NCBI GenBank assembly: GCA_023231475.1
Contig: JALJEE010000990.1
Coordinates: 1 to 45,467 of the forward strand
DNA length: 45,467 nt
DNA from: Seison nebaliae
Taxonomy: Eukaryota
Direction: 5' to 3'
In this document: positions 1 to 14,344 of the stretch, one piece after another
How the letters are laid out: each line of letters begins with the position of its first letter
Numbering within the stretch: position 1 is the first letter of the stretch
Translations under genes and position numbers: made by a program
The notes under the pieces: model-generated
Database searches by the model: none
The model's input: the letters and a program-made list of their open reading frames with translations, nothing else
Told to the model about the DNA's origin: nothing

Positions 1-233
1 TTGTTTTAGAATGATTGTTTCTAGGAATATGGAACTAAAAATTTAAATCCGATGTTTCTTTTACGAATGATCTTCGCACCTGTAAATATAATTTTTGAAA
101 TTACCGTGACAACTAAAGATATTTTATTATATAATCTTAAGTTGTGATGTAATTGGACAAGGTAAATATGATTTTCAATCGCGTGCTATATTGTTTTCTT
201 TAGAAAAAATTTTGGAAATAATTTTTCTGGAGA

Positions 234-3200
234 ATGTTGCCGCTTCAAACTAGTGTATCGATAGAAAGTCTATCGAATAATCATGGGACGCCACAATTAA
301 TAGAAACTGGATTAGCAACATCTTACGATAATGGATTTCAAATTCCTATACATCAATTGCTTCATATGAAGAGTTCAGGTGCGAAAATAAGATCACATCG
401 TAAATTGCACCAGTTGACTGACCAATTAGAATTACCATTTAATCGGATAGCGGAAGTTCATCGTAAGAAAAGTTGGAAAGTTGAACGGAAACTAAAGAAA
501 ACTTTATCATTTCATGAAGATACGACTTATATTAAAAATGAGTTCGAGGAGAATAATTTGGATGAGCGACCCACATTGTTCAATACTCAACATATTCTTC
601 TCATATCGAATGAAGCGAAAGTGAGTCGGAATCTCAACAAAGTTACTTTGGACGAAGTAGCGATTCTTCATTTGCAGTTCGATCTGTATACGACGGAGAA
701 GATAATTCCTCTTTTAATTCACAATATAAATATGCGTCGAATAAAATCGGTAGGAATAATTCCATATTGTCGACGACAAGTATTTGGTATTTCGAAACAT
801 ATCAGTTTAGATATTCAATCTATAAAGAATGCGAAAAGAAGGGTGGAAGATCAACCATTAATTCGATTTTTGAAAGAATTATCGAAATTATTAAATTGTG
901 CTAATAAAAATATTTCGTTCAATTTCTTGAGAATGCACAAAACATTCGTTATTCCTTTGGAAGATGTAGCTAAGTTTCTTTGTGACGAGACCGGTTTACA
1001 TATTCGAATAGTGCGTGATTATACTGGTGAGACGTGTTTGTTTGATTCGATTTCCCAATCGAGTTCCGAATCAAAATTCACATCAAATCCAATTGGTGGT
1101 ATTTATTTTAATTTGAGACATTTGAAGAATTTATTAATGAAAGAGAAATCGATTGCTGCCTTCGAGTGTATCACTAGATTGGGACGAGGTTCTTTTGGAA
1201 CTGCTTTCCTTTATCGTCGTCGAAATGATGATACTTTAGTAGTTTTGAAAAATATTTCTTTGCACGACTTGAATGTGAGTGGGAGGAAGAAAGTGATGAA
1301 TGAAATAAAGATCATGTCAACATTAGATCATCCCAATATCATTACATTCTACGACAATTTTGAAGAACGTGGAACTATGTTCATCGAAATGGAATATGCC
1401 GATAATGGCACACTCTATTCATATATTCGTCGACCGAATGAAAATTTGATGGAGGATAATATTCTCAGTAAAATGAAACAATTATCTAGTGCACTCATTC
1501 ACATTCATGCAAAGAAGATTTGGCATTTCGATATCAAAACTGAAAATATTTTCATGACAAAAAATGGTGCTGTGAAATTGGGAGATTTTGGTATTTCAAA
1601 AATGCATTCCACTACTCTCGATGCAACTAAATGTACGTTAGGTACCGCACCATATATGTCACCGGAAATGTGTCGTGGTGACGTGGTGAATGACAAATCA
1701 GATATTTGGAGTTTGGGTTGTGTTCTCCACGAAATGATGACTCGTCAAGTAACATTTAGTGCAGATAATATTAATGCGGTTGTAGATAAAATAACGAAAT
1801 TAGATTATGTCCAACCATCGTCGTCGTATGGAGAAGAAACGAGAAAACTTCTAAAAAGTTTATTGGAACTTGATATTGAGAAACGATTGACTGCATTAGA
1901 AGTGAATGAGAAAATAAAAGAAATGAGTTCTAAGAATTCGGAGGAATTGATGTCTGCCATTTTTTTGACATCATCAAAAAAAGTTAAATCAGGAATCATC
2001 GAATTAGAATGGAATGGAAATGAATATGAATGTCGAAATTTATTCATTTTTCCACATGGAGCTGTCATTGATAATTTATCATCAACTCAGTCACATAATA
2101 TCGTTCAAACGGAATTATCTCAATTATTTGCTTGGGGTTATAATAAACATGGTGAAATGGCTGGTGAAGCATCAGATGAATTGATTCAATCTCCGATTGT
2201 ACTTTCCATGAAATATCAAGATTTTCGGGATGTTCAATGTGGAAATGAGTTCACCATCTTTCTTTCGAAAAACGGAACAATCGCTAGTTCTGGAAACGGT
2301 TCAACCAATTGTTTAGGACATGCAAATACAAAGACGATTCATGAACAATGTTTAATTGAAGAATTATTATATATCGAAATCGTATCAGTCGCCGTAAATG
2401 ATGATCACGTTGTGGCGATTTGTAAAGATGGTTTTGCTTATACTTGGGGCGATAACACTTATGGACAATTGGGAACGGGTAATTTCGAGAATAAGAACAA
2501 ACCACAAAAACTCGATTTGAATTATACGTTTGTTCGAGCGATTGTTGGAAATGGTGGAACGATTTTAATTTCAAAATCAGACGAATATTATTCGTGTGGA
2601 AATAATATTAATAATCGATTAGCCATCTCTCAACAGAACGGATTATTACATCATTTGAAAACGTTCGATATTTACAACAAATCCAATTTAGTCGATGGAA
2701 AGACGAATGAATTAATCGCAGCTAAAATGCTCAAATCATTCGACATTCAACATTTCCTGATTTGTCAAACGTTTTCCGTTTTCATTTCAGTGAAAAAGAA
2801 GAAACAACTTCTTTACACTATCGGATATGGGAAGAAGACTTCTGATTCAGTCATATCAATTCCACAAAATGTCGATGTGAAATTTGAATTCCATTGTCGT
2901 GGTATTCAAGTCAATAATCATTCGATTTTCCTTCTTATGGACAGTACGACGAATCCGATTTCTGTCTTCGATTTGGACAAATCCATTTTATTGAACATCA
3001 GTATCTTCTCTAATAATTTCCATCATAAACTCATAAACAATTCCAATTTAGTGATGGATGATCTAGAATTTACTTTCCTCTCACTTCGTCCTCATCCTAA
3101 TAGAATTAAGAGAACAACATTGTTCGTTTCATTCAATCTTTGTCAGAAAATTATGTCAGAATTGGTAACGAAAAATTTGAATCATTTAAAAATTTTCGAT

Positions 3201-4291
3201 CATCATGAACGGAATGAGTTCGATCAATTCCAATTACATCAATCAACATCGAATAATCGATTGGGAAGACCAGAAGAGAACTTATTATCTGAGAAAATTT
3301 ATCAGCCAATTAATATTCCAGAAAACTTATTTAAAGAAGTTGGTGAATCGGTACAATTGTTTATTACTAAACAATGTGAATCGACCGTCCATCATAAAGA
3401 GAATGATGAAATTATTCAAAGTGTCAATTTATCTGTCGATCAATCAGTTCAATCATCAGAAAGAATTCCTGGATGGATTTTGGAAGAAAGTCAACAAACT
3501 GACAAATTATTAGAAGCCAGAAAACTTTCATCTAATTGTGCTAGTCCAAACTCGTCAACCACCGAATTAGAACATTCAAATTCTTCAATAGTTTTCGTTC
3601 CAAAAAAACCAAAAAAAAAATTAAAGAACTCCGAAACGAAAACCATCCAGACGACTAAGAAGAGTAGTGAAAGTGGTAAAAGTAATGTCAGTAAACCGCT
3701 ACCTCCAATTAAGAAGAAGAATTTAGGAAATGGTAATCAACGCAAACAAATAGATTGTATCAGAAAACCATCATTCAGGAATAAATTTCTACCGGGCAAA
3801 TCAATTGCACGCTTCAAACAAAACGTTAGAATTTTAAATATTTTTTGAAAAATTTATTTAATTTCTCAAATTATCGATGTTTATGAAAATAGACATTTAA
3901 TTCGAATAATAGTTTGACGATGGAGAAATGGAATAAATCGACGTCTGGACCAACTTATGACGAATTAGCACTACAAAATAAATTGGCTAACGAACAAATT
4001 ATCCATTTGAAAGTTTGTAAATATTTTTCAAATTTCAATTATACTTATTTTCAGGAACAACTCTCTCAACATAATCGACAAATTTCTTCTTCTTCAATTG
4101 CCCTATCGACTGGAAATGATAACGAAGTAATAAATAAATCTCTCTTACCGGATATTGTGAAACATGAGCAGAATGACACGGCACTTGTTCGCCATTTGCA
4201 TTCGGCCAATTCAGTGAAAAGTTCAGCAGAAACAAATAAAGATGGAATCAATTCCTCGAAAGTCAAATCGACAACATGTAATTTCTTATAA
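234..4291 (+). CDS. Nek8/Nek9-like (NIMA-related) Ser/Thr kinase with N-terminal extension, RCC1 repeats and C-terminal CaaX-like motif (~1315 aa)
   Basis: Kinase motifs GRGSFGTA, VVLK, HFDIKTEN, DFG and GTAPYMSPE, followed by RCC1-like repeats (FAWGYNKHGE, YTWGDNTYGQLG). Exons 234-3824, 3893-4012 and 4055-4291 join in frame through GTT..AG introns 3825-3892 and 4013-4054. Ends KSTTCNFL*. Confidence 0.88.
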
Positions 4292-4366
4292 ATTGTGATG
4301 TCCCCCAATTTTGTATTTCCTTTTCTCTCCCAAAGTATTCGATCATTATTCTCCTACACAATTTTT

Positions 4367-4783
4367 TCATTTATACGGATCGTGCCACGGTCGACTATCA
4401 ACCGCATTAAGGATCCATTTTTTTACTCTACCCAATTGACTTTCATCTAATTCATTATAATCGATGGAATTCCTCTCCAAAAATGAATTTAGAACTTCTA
4501 AATCTTCGCCATTCTCACTATCCGTATGAGTTGTCGTAGTTGGTGTTAACGTTACTTCGGCATAAATATATTCATATTCGTACATCACTTCTGGAGGTGG
4601 TCGACTTGACAGTGGAACAACTGTCCCATGTGATTCTAGATGTTCTTCTTGACTTTCTTCCTCTTTTATTGTTTTTTGTTTTCGACGAATTCTCAGACAT
4701 TGTACACACTGAACTAAAGTGAAGGTTGAAAGAATGATGAGGAATAATATAATCGATAAAATGAATTGAATTGAAAAGAACAT
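4367..4783 (-). CDS. Small single-pass membrane protein of unknown function (138 aa)
   Basis: ATG-started intronless ORF with an N-terminal hydrophobic helix, then CVQC plus basic stop-transfer (RIRRK) and an acidic tail. Convergent with the Nek gene. Confidence 0.6.
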   Translation of the reverse strand: MFFSIQFILSIILFLIILSTFTLVQCVQCLRIRRKQKTIKEEESQEEHLESHGTVVPLSSRPPPEVMYEYEYIYAEVTLTPTTTTHTDSENGEDLEVLNSFLERNSIDYNELDESQLGRVKKWILNAVDSRPWHDPYK

Positions 4784-7700
4784 CGAAAAAAATGAAAAGT
4801 CTCTATAAATTGCTTTATATTTCTTAAAATTTCACATTTCAAATCGAAATAAATTTCAATTCATTTCCAATAAAATATCGAAACGGATTTCAGTTTTTTT
4901 TCATATTTTAAGAAAACCAAATTTATATTTTCCCTTTGATACTGACACATTATGAGATTTTAATGTCTTTTTCATTCTATTCAATTGGACGAACTAAACT
5001 GAAATTTTAATATAATTTTTGAACAAAAAAATTTCCAGCAAGTCAGATAGTTTGAAAGAAAAAGAGGTAGTTGAGTATCTTTCCGTTTGAGTTTTTTGTA
5101 GGAAATGTGAGATTGTTTTTGGAAGACGAATAGGAATGACGACATATTATATAAAGGAAAGTAATAAATATTTAAATGATTGATGAATTACAAGATAGAG
5201 AACGGTGAAGGACTTGTACTGTTGATAATTATGTGGAATTATTTAGAGAAATTACATGTCATTCATGAAAATGGGGATGATTGAAAAAATAAACAAATAT
5301 AATTTGCGCATGTTTGACGATATTGTATTTAGTTGATAGCAGTTCGATAAGTTAAGTTGCGTTGCATTGTTTCCATGCAGTCCTTTATCGACATGTAATT
5401 CATGTAATTATATTGCATCCTCATATAAATTGATAAAATAAATATGTAACAAATGTAGGGGGAAGACAATGGAGGACGACTATCAAAATCGGTGATAAAT
5501 AGACACTAACGAGTCAACATGACAATTTAGTCACGAAATCGCCGATATTCGTATTGGAGCGAATCGATATAGAATATACGGTAAGTTAGTAATGAAGAGA
5601 AAGTGGGAGAGTGGGCAGTTTGGGTGAGATGGTGCGGAGAGAAGTGCTGGTGGAAGAATAATGAAGTTTGATGACAACAATCGTCGTCGTACTAAATGAA
5701 AGAATGTCAAAAATTGTGATCATCAATGAATATTATTGGATATGAATATTCTTTCTTCCGTCGAGGTAGATGTCGTGCATTGAGTGAAGAAGTAGCCAGA
5801 GAAGTTGTTGACGACTTGGTAAGTTCGAGGGGATAAGGAATAGTATGAAATGGAAGAAGGGGGGACAATGATTATAATGAAGTTGAACACCATCATGATG
5901 ATGATCATCATCATTTATATTATTCAATAAAATAATAAAAAATGATGGTTGTTGACAGCCATTAGAACGATAATGATGATAGAAATACTGAAACAGAATG
6001 TTCAACTTAACTTAACAAGGAGAAGAAATGTAATAACAATAATTCTGATGACGTTGAATCGTGATACAGAATTAACAATCGTATAATGTTATGGAAGTGT
6101 GTGTGCTAGAGACTTCTCGCCTCATCTTCCTCCTATCAGTTGAGGTGCATTCTCCCTTCTTTACACAAATGCACTGCCATTTCCCTCTTATGGACACAAG
6201 TTATTTCATCTTCTTTCGACGTCGATGTTCTGGCAGTGCAACTTCACAATTTATCTCACGATATTTAACTATCTGAACAATCGAGTAAGAAAGATGGGGA
6301 AGAAGGAAAAAAACCGATTAAATGACGAAATGCCCATGAATTATATTCCTCCTTTGCATTTGTTGCTGATATGTAACTAACACTACCTTTTATTCTCTCA
6401 AGAGCTTCCTCCAATCTCCCTCCTTCCACACAACAACGGCAAGAGTTTATCTAGTCATTCCTCCCCGCCCAATGAAGATTGATGGAGGAGAATTTTCTGA
6501 TCTGAAGTTTTCCACAATACAAAATCTTTTCACTCTTATTCTCTCGATTCATGTTCTTCTCGCCCCTTCTTCCCAACAATCATTCTCTCCCAACCATTCC
6601 TCTTGTTATTCTTCCGCTTATTGGTGGACAGAAAAATAAGAGGATAAGCGCTTATTAAACACACAGCAGAAAATATTTATGTTCCATATTTCCCACTCGT
6701 TCATGAGTGAAAGGTAAAGTTACTGTTAAGTACTTGTTATGTGTTATGTTATTGTGTGATAGAAAAATGGAGCCAGAAAGAAGAAAATGGAAGTATTTAA
6801 AAAAGAGAATTCAAAAAGAAAAAATAAATTAGAATTACTTATCTTTATTCCGATTTTCTCTAATGAACAAGTCATAGCAGTGTGAGAAGTGAAGAAAGAA
6901 GTTTGAAGACTAATAATTTGCCGTTCGTCATTTGTTTTGAACTCTCTCGTATTTTTCATTAGTAGCAGAAATTAAAGTTTCTTTTACATATTCCTCACTC
7001 ACATCGACGACAAGTGAAGTGTTTTATTGGAAATTGGGTAAGTATTATTTTGTTGAATAATCAGCTTTCGATGGAATATAGTTCGATTCTGAAAGATCTA
7101 CTCGTCGAATCAGTCGGTGAGAATATGGTATAATAAGAAATTATTATTATAATTCACCTCGTGTGAATTTCACTCGAATGACATTCTCCTATTGAAATTG
7201 TGTTCACAGTCATTTCCAATCTAGCCGGGGATAGCTTTCATCTCCTTTCCTACTATTATTTCTTTCCACACATTCTCCTACCTGCCTCCGACGTAAATGA
7301 TATGGATTTGTCGATTTCCTGCCGAAATGCTGAGTTCGTATGTGAATATATATATGTTTGAATTCAATTAATGCCTACTTACGTAATTTATAGTTAAGGT
7401 AATGCAAGATAATGCATATGCAATTAGACCATTATCTTATTGTAAAACTGCTTCACCCCTCAAATTATACAATGAGGCAATGGCGATGTATTATCACCAT
7501 TCTATTATTTAGCGGAATGTCGATCAATCTTTACACTCCAACCGTCTTCCAACTATATTCAGCAATATTTCAACTTTCCTTATCTAATCAATCAAATCAC
7601 TTTTCTCATTTCACGTCAAATCAACTAATCATATTTTAGTGGACAAACACTATAATTATTTTAATCCATGTTCGCCCAAATTTTCTGCCCACTTAAACCT

Positions 7701-9079
7701 TAATTCCAGGATTGACACCACCAACTTACAGAGTAATTCCTTCCTAATATGATTCGATTGGAACCATGAAAGTAATAGGCAATGATTAGTACTGTGCTGG
7801 AATTGAATTAACGAAAATTATTGTATGTCCAATTTAGATCTGTAGACTTTAGATAAGATAAATACCCAAATTATATCTTTCTACAAATTTCCAGATTGCG
7901 GGAAAAAAATTAATTTTTCTACCTATAAAAACCATTCTTCTTACAACCAACCTAACTTTTTTCTTCGAATTTTAATTTTAGATTATCAGATAATGGAATT
8001 TGTTAAGAATGTTAAGAAACAAAAATAATCCGATTTCATTTTGGAAATTATGTCAGTTTATATTTCGTTGTTAAGTTGACGAGATGGTTGTCGATAAAAG
8101 ATGTTTAACATGAAATCATCAACTTTCTATAGCGATTTCATGTTCATGTACAAATTCCATCAGTAATCCGTCTAGTCATTGAATTCATTTCTTTTCGAAT
8201 AGCAAATCATAAATCAGAAATATTTAGTCTTCTCTCTGTTTTATTCGATAAGGAGCGAATTTTCGAAGAATGAACGGAAATTCAGTATATGGAGGATAAT
8301 CGAAATATTATTCTTATATGTAATTCAAAGTTCAAAAATTATAATTTAGAGTCAAGTTAATTCTTTTCCAACGAAAGAAAAAATCTAATTTATGTCAAAT
8401 TATTCTGAATTTAAATCATAGTGACGAAAGTTTTTTAAAGAAGTTTTTGATCAAAAATTTTATATGTAAAAATTGACTGTCTTTTGTAAGAATTTTCATT
8501 TAATCTTTTTAATTTGAAGAACAAAGGAAAATAGTTCGACTTTCCTCACATCGACAGGAGATGACAATGCAAATAATCTTTGTCGTGTCATAATATAATA
8601 TAATTATTTTCAGAAAATTATTTTATTATTCGTAAGGACTAGTGGTCATTGAACGAAAGAAATTTATTATGTTCGTATATTTCATGTAGTAGATGAAAAG
8701 GAGAGGATTGAAGTGGAAGCTTTGACAAAAATTTCAATTAACTAATTCAAAAATTAAATTATTTTGAAATAATTCATTAAATCTTCTCCACTTTTACCAC
8801 ACAACAGGTGATCGATTGAAGTAAAATAATAATCGTTCCAAGTAATTTTTCGTTTTATCCCATTTATATATTTATAATGAATTTTGCTGAGAGAACTTGT
8901 AAATTTAAAATACATTCTTCTTATATAATAAAAGATGTTTTCAATAAATTATTTCTTTATCAAATTTTGTGCAATTCTGATAGGGCACTTCGTATACAAA
9001 CATTTAATAACATTACCGACTTATACGGACATATTGAGATGTATACATACATGACTTTAAGTAATGTCTTTATATAAGT

Positions 9080-9118
9080 ACACACACACAAACACACAAA
9101 CACACACACACACACATA
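9080..9118. repeat. Imperfect (CA)n microsatellite
   Basis: acacacacaaacacacaaacacacacacacacac read directly. Confidence 0.85.
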
Positions 9119-10076
9119 CAAATACACGTACATACCTGGACGTGAATTGACACATATGACTATTGTATAAATAAGGAAAATTTGGAGAAGATAACAGATC
9201 AGAGGACATCTAATGTATGAGAGATTAGGAAGAAGAATTATAGTTAGTACTGCAATGATCATACGTATGCACATTTAAGTGTATGATAAATTGAATTTGA
9301 TGGAAAGTAAATAGAATGTGACATATACGTATATCGTTCACCAATCTATACCTGTGTTCTCTCCGTTATAATCCGACGATTAAATTGTATTAACGATTTG
9401 ACTGAATTCATATGTCCATTTCATTCATATTCTCCCATCCTTTCTTTTATGAATGAGATATCCCGATTACTCTTAATTTTCCACTATTCAGTCATCAGCA
9501 CTTCATTCACATTTTGATGTCATCCATCAGGAAAGAAGTCGTATGATTTCCTTATGCGTTTTCTATTTTATTAAAATTGTACCTGAAATTTTTGTCGTCG
9601 TACGATGATATAAATCAATATCATTCTTCCATGAATTTCTCATTGGATATTGCTAATAGAATATCGGAAATGAAATCAACTTTTTTCGAAAAATTTCAAA
9701 ATTCAAAATTAATTAAAGAAATTAAACTAAAATTTTTATTTTATATTTTTATTTTAAATTTTTTTTGTTTTAAAAAATGATTTTTTTCTGATATTCTCTT
9801 TTTATCTAATGAAACAGATTTATTGTTCAATCAGAAAACAGAGGTTAAAACGGTATTGTTTTTCATCTGACTCACAAATACATTGAAATCGAATTGAAAT
9901 TAAAAAATTCAATCAAATTATTTGAGTTGAGAAAAAAGACGTTTCGGTTATTGGATCAAGAGAAATTGCCAATTGGATTTTCATGAAATATTAATTTGAA
10001 AAACATTACATCATTCTCATTTCAACAACGTCATATTATTCAAATAAATTCCATTTGATAAGTGAAAGAAAGAAAA

Positions 10077-10145
10077 ATGGAAGAAAATGAAAATGATACG
10101 GAACTCGGTCAAATTAATACACAAATCAACGAAGTTCAAGATGAA
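10077..10145 (+). CDS. Distal SNAP-25-type first coding exon (MEENENDTELGQINTQINEVQDE)
   Basis: ATG at 10077, 23 codons, phase-0 donor GTTAGT at 10146. The peptide matches the SNAP-25 N-terminal pattern that precedes SLESTRRM, and the phase fits acceptors at 14623 and 16342. Confidence 0.72.
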
Positions 10146-13100
10146 GTTAGTGGAAACATTTTTTCTAAAACGGAAATAACATGAAAATTTCAAAAAACCA
10201 AATTAATGAGAATTGAGGAATAGATTAAGAAATTATTGATTTTTTTGTTTTTAATTTTAACAACTTTATGAGAAAGAGAATTGGAGAAGAAATGCTTATG
10301 CTCATGAATTCCCAATTTACTAATAGGAAATATAAAGGAAAAATATTTTTTTATCGATTTTACGTATTTCTGCATGATGAATTGTGGACATCCAACGGGA
10401 AATTAACAGTTTAATTTTCTTCTTGAAATATTGTGAGATGTAACTGGACTTAGCATGAAGTGGAAGAGGAAATAAAAATTTAATCTTATTTTCCTGGAAT
10501 AGACGGTCGAATTGACATTGAGAAAGAAGATTGATGGAAATAGATATAAAGATTTATTATTTGAACTAATCTTCTTTTTTTTACTATTCGATTCTCTCGT
10601 ATCTTCCTGATTGATTTGAGGAATGGATCGGTAATGAATTTATTGGTTGAGGAAGTTAATTGTCAGATTGTTAATTGGAAAATAGAATGAGAAAAAAAGA
10701 AGAAATTTCCTTTTGGATCATTCAACAAATGGAATGATTATGTAATAAATGAATAAATGCTACAGATAGGAAAGTTGATTGAGACAATGCAAATAAAAGT
10801 GGAAAGTAGGAGAGTTATTTGACTTCATTAATATTGTTGTTATTGTTATTGGTTAATATCTGAAAGAAATTTGTGCGAATTTCTATGTACCTACTTTTGA
10901 TTATCATATAAAATGGAGTGGACGTCGGAAATGAAGAATGCAATGAGTATGTGGATGAATCGAATAACATTATAATAACTAGTAGAGATGATTCTCTCTA
11001 TTAACAATTCTCGTTTCTTCTTTAATTCGTCTTTATTTCTATTATTGATTCGTAGCACTCCATACTTATTTTTCCGTTTACTCTTTTTCATGGAAATTGG
11101 AAAGTTTGCAGCAGAATTAGATGACATTCATTTCAATTCGTTCTATTCATCCTTCTATAATTTTCTTCTTTTTACGTAAAATTTCCTTATGCATTCCCCA
11201 GCACCGACATATGCATGAAATTGGTGATTGGCGATGTATAAATGGAAGAAATAATCGTCATTGCTGTGATGCTTCTTTTTCAATGACATTGGTCGAAATA
11301 AAAAGAAAAACATGAGTCAAAATCATTTAGACTTTACATGCAGAAATAAGAAGAATAGATGGAAAGAATAGAACGAAAATTTTTATTTATCATTCGCTCA
11401 ATGCATAATATCATCGATAGTTCTATTTCTTTTCTTCTCACCATATTCCTCCATTATTTATTCTCCTTCTTTCCATCCATCATCTCCTTCATTCGACAAT
11501 TTTTTCCGTTTTGGTTTCTGAAGGAAATTAAACTTATTGTTTATTCCTTTCGATTCCTGTTTATTCCATCGACAGTAAAATAATCGGAATTCATATAATT
11601 CTTCTCCATATGAAATCGAACAAAATTTTTTACAGTAGAAGAAACTTAAAATTATTAATATGACAAAGTTGCCATGACGTGGAGAGAGACGTCCATTCAT
11701 AAACATCGTAATTATTACGATAATTATGAATATTGTGCATAGTCTGTGCATAGAATTCATTTATCTAATAATTTTTATTGTCTACATTTTTCTTCACGAT
11801 AAATAACTTTCTTACTTTCTCTCATTTCTCGCAAGAAAAGGACTTTGGTGAAATGAACTACACTTTTAATTATTCGATCTTTCTTATTGTACTTCGACCA
11901 TCCCCTCACATCTCCTCCAAACATTTTGCTCTGTATTCTCCCAATTTGAGTGCGATCTCATCGAACACCCAAAATATATGTGGACATCATTTTTATGACG
12001 AAGAATTTTCTCATTCCATTCCACAAATCGCCTACAGAAATACATAAAATTATTATTCCTTATTGTCATTTTAATTCTATGGGAAACCGTTGTTTAATGA
12101 TTCCCGTGCGTTCAAAAATAGTCTGACTTCGATATTTCCGTTTTTCTTCAGGTATGCTAAGTCGACAATTCCTCCTGTTTTTTTTGTCTTCCAATTATCC
12201 CTATGGGATGTTTTTGTGAAAAAACAAAAATGTTTTTGTCATCAACAGGCAACATCATCATGATGATGATCATCATAATTCTGTATGATGTTGAGTTTTC
12301 GATGAATAGATAAAAGAAACATCAAACTCCTTCTTTTCTTGATGTTGCACATTAATTAATTTCCATACGTTTCCGATATTCTATCGGATCATTTCAATCA
12401 TTCTTCATATTAGTCTCATCAATGTCAATCAGGAGACGATGTTTTCATATACATGTATCTCCAGAATTATGGACGAAACAATAAGAAGAAATTATGTTTT
12501 CCTTTAAATTTTCTATAATCATATCATTCTTCTTCTACTTTCCTTATGAACTAGAGCATCAGTATCAGTGTCTCAAGGGAAGGAAGTAGAAGGAAAAAGT
12601 GTCTTTTAATTTATTCAACTCCTTTTGCGTCGAGCAAAACTTCCACATAATTAACTACTCAATATCATCATAATGTTATATCGCTTTCGCCATCGTACAG
12701 TTCATATCATATTTCATATTGACAGGATTCATGTTGGTGATATAAAAAAATTAGCGCGCAACATAAGAAGATATTATATCTATTTTTATTCATCTCTTGT
12801 TCTTTTTTGTTGAAGAGATAGCTGTATGTCATCACACTATTCCCATTACCTGAATTTGCATTCGATACATGATGGAAATCTAATAAATAATCTACTGATG
12901 AATTCTACGTTTGATGAATTCAGAAAACTCTCACTGACTTTCCTCTCCAAAACTTTAAGATAAATAGAATCTCAAATTCTATTTGCCAGTTATTCTCATA
13001 TAATTCCATCTAATATCTTTCAGATTCTTTTCGAACTCGAACATTCCCTCTGTTATTCATTACATTAATTCTTTTTAAACTTTCCATAAGTTTTAATATT

Positions 13101-14344
13101 GGAAATTTGGAATGAATACGGAATAAAAAAAATAAAAGAATTCTTTCTTTCTACAGTTGACATCGAGGAAGGATATATCGATAGAATCAATTTACTATTT
13201 GTGCATTCTTTGTGCATTTATTGTGCAAATATGAAAAAGGAAGAAACTTATCAAATATAATTTATCGAGAAAGATAGATTCATTTATTTATTATAATTGT
13301 CTAATTATTGTGATTATTTTCGTTTGTTGGTTGTCGTAGTTATGAGCGAAATATATTAGTTCAATATCGTCCTTCGTCAACATTATCACTGTAAATTATT
13401 CTCATGTGACGAATGTCCACTTTGTTAGAGATGTTCGGAAAAAGAAAACTATATTCTTCCTGTTTATCATTCCATTAATTATTTTCTCGTTATTCGATCC
13501 ATTGTTAATTCCCTTCCATTCCATTCATCATAATCGATTTCATATAAATTTATTGATAGTTTTTCTCGTACAATTTTTTTTATAAATATTTGTTCCCCAC
13601 TTCATCATCTTATTCTTCTCTTGCACTCCTTCCAATCGTTCGAACGATTCTTATATAAATTAACATGATTTTGTCTAGGATGTGAATGGACATGTACGTA
13701 TGTAGGAGAAGAAATTATCATAAAAATATCTAATCATTTATTCATCTTCTTCATCCCAATCTCGTTCAATTGACAAAAAGCTATTCAGTTCGAGAGAAGA
13801 TTTTATTATTCCATCTCCCTTCTATCCAATTCTCTTACTCTCCAATATTTATAATATATATTCATTATTATTCCTCCTCATATTTTGGAGCATTCCCTCC
13901 TCTTTCTCCTCCTCAATCGACGAGGAAATTTAGGTTTGGATTATTTCCACGGAAATTTCCGTCATTAGACTAATGTGTGCACCTGTAATTATGTACACGA
14001 GAATATTATTTGAGGATCAATCAGATAAATTATATATGTGCTATTTTATATATTTTTCAAGAATACTCTCCGACACAAACCTAATAATTTCCATTCATTT
14101 ATCCATCAGTCAGTTATTCAATCATTTCTTATCACTTTTTCCGATACATCTCATCATTTTTGATAATATCGTTAAGTCTTCTTTTTATTAAATTATTTTT
14201 CCTTTTTTCTTTAATTCTCTCGTTTTTTTTTCCTCTTAATTTCTCCTTTTAAATTATCGTTATTCTATCGTGGAAAACAGGAAGGAAATAAATTCTCTCT
14301 AGAGTTCCCTCTCGATATTTTCCCTTTTAAAACACCACAACGAT

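Noticed and set aside
141..232. Possible 5' UTR intron of the Nek gene with a GTAAAT donor at 162 (would break the GTT rule)
   Set aside because: No reading-frame constraint, and a GTT donor at 141 is equally possible. Not counted either way; needs cDNA.
5469..5586. Possible third SNAP-25 first coding exon ending at GTAAGT (5581)
   Set aside because: No ATG-started open frame reaches the donor in phase 0; at most an untranslated exon.
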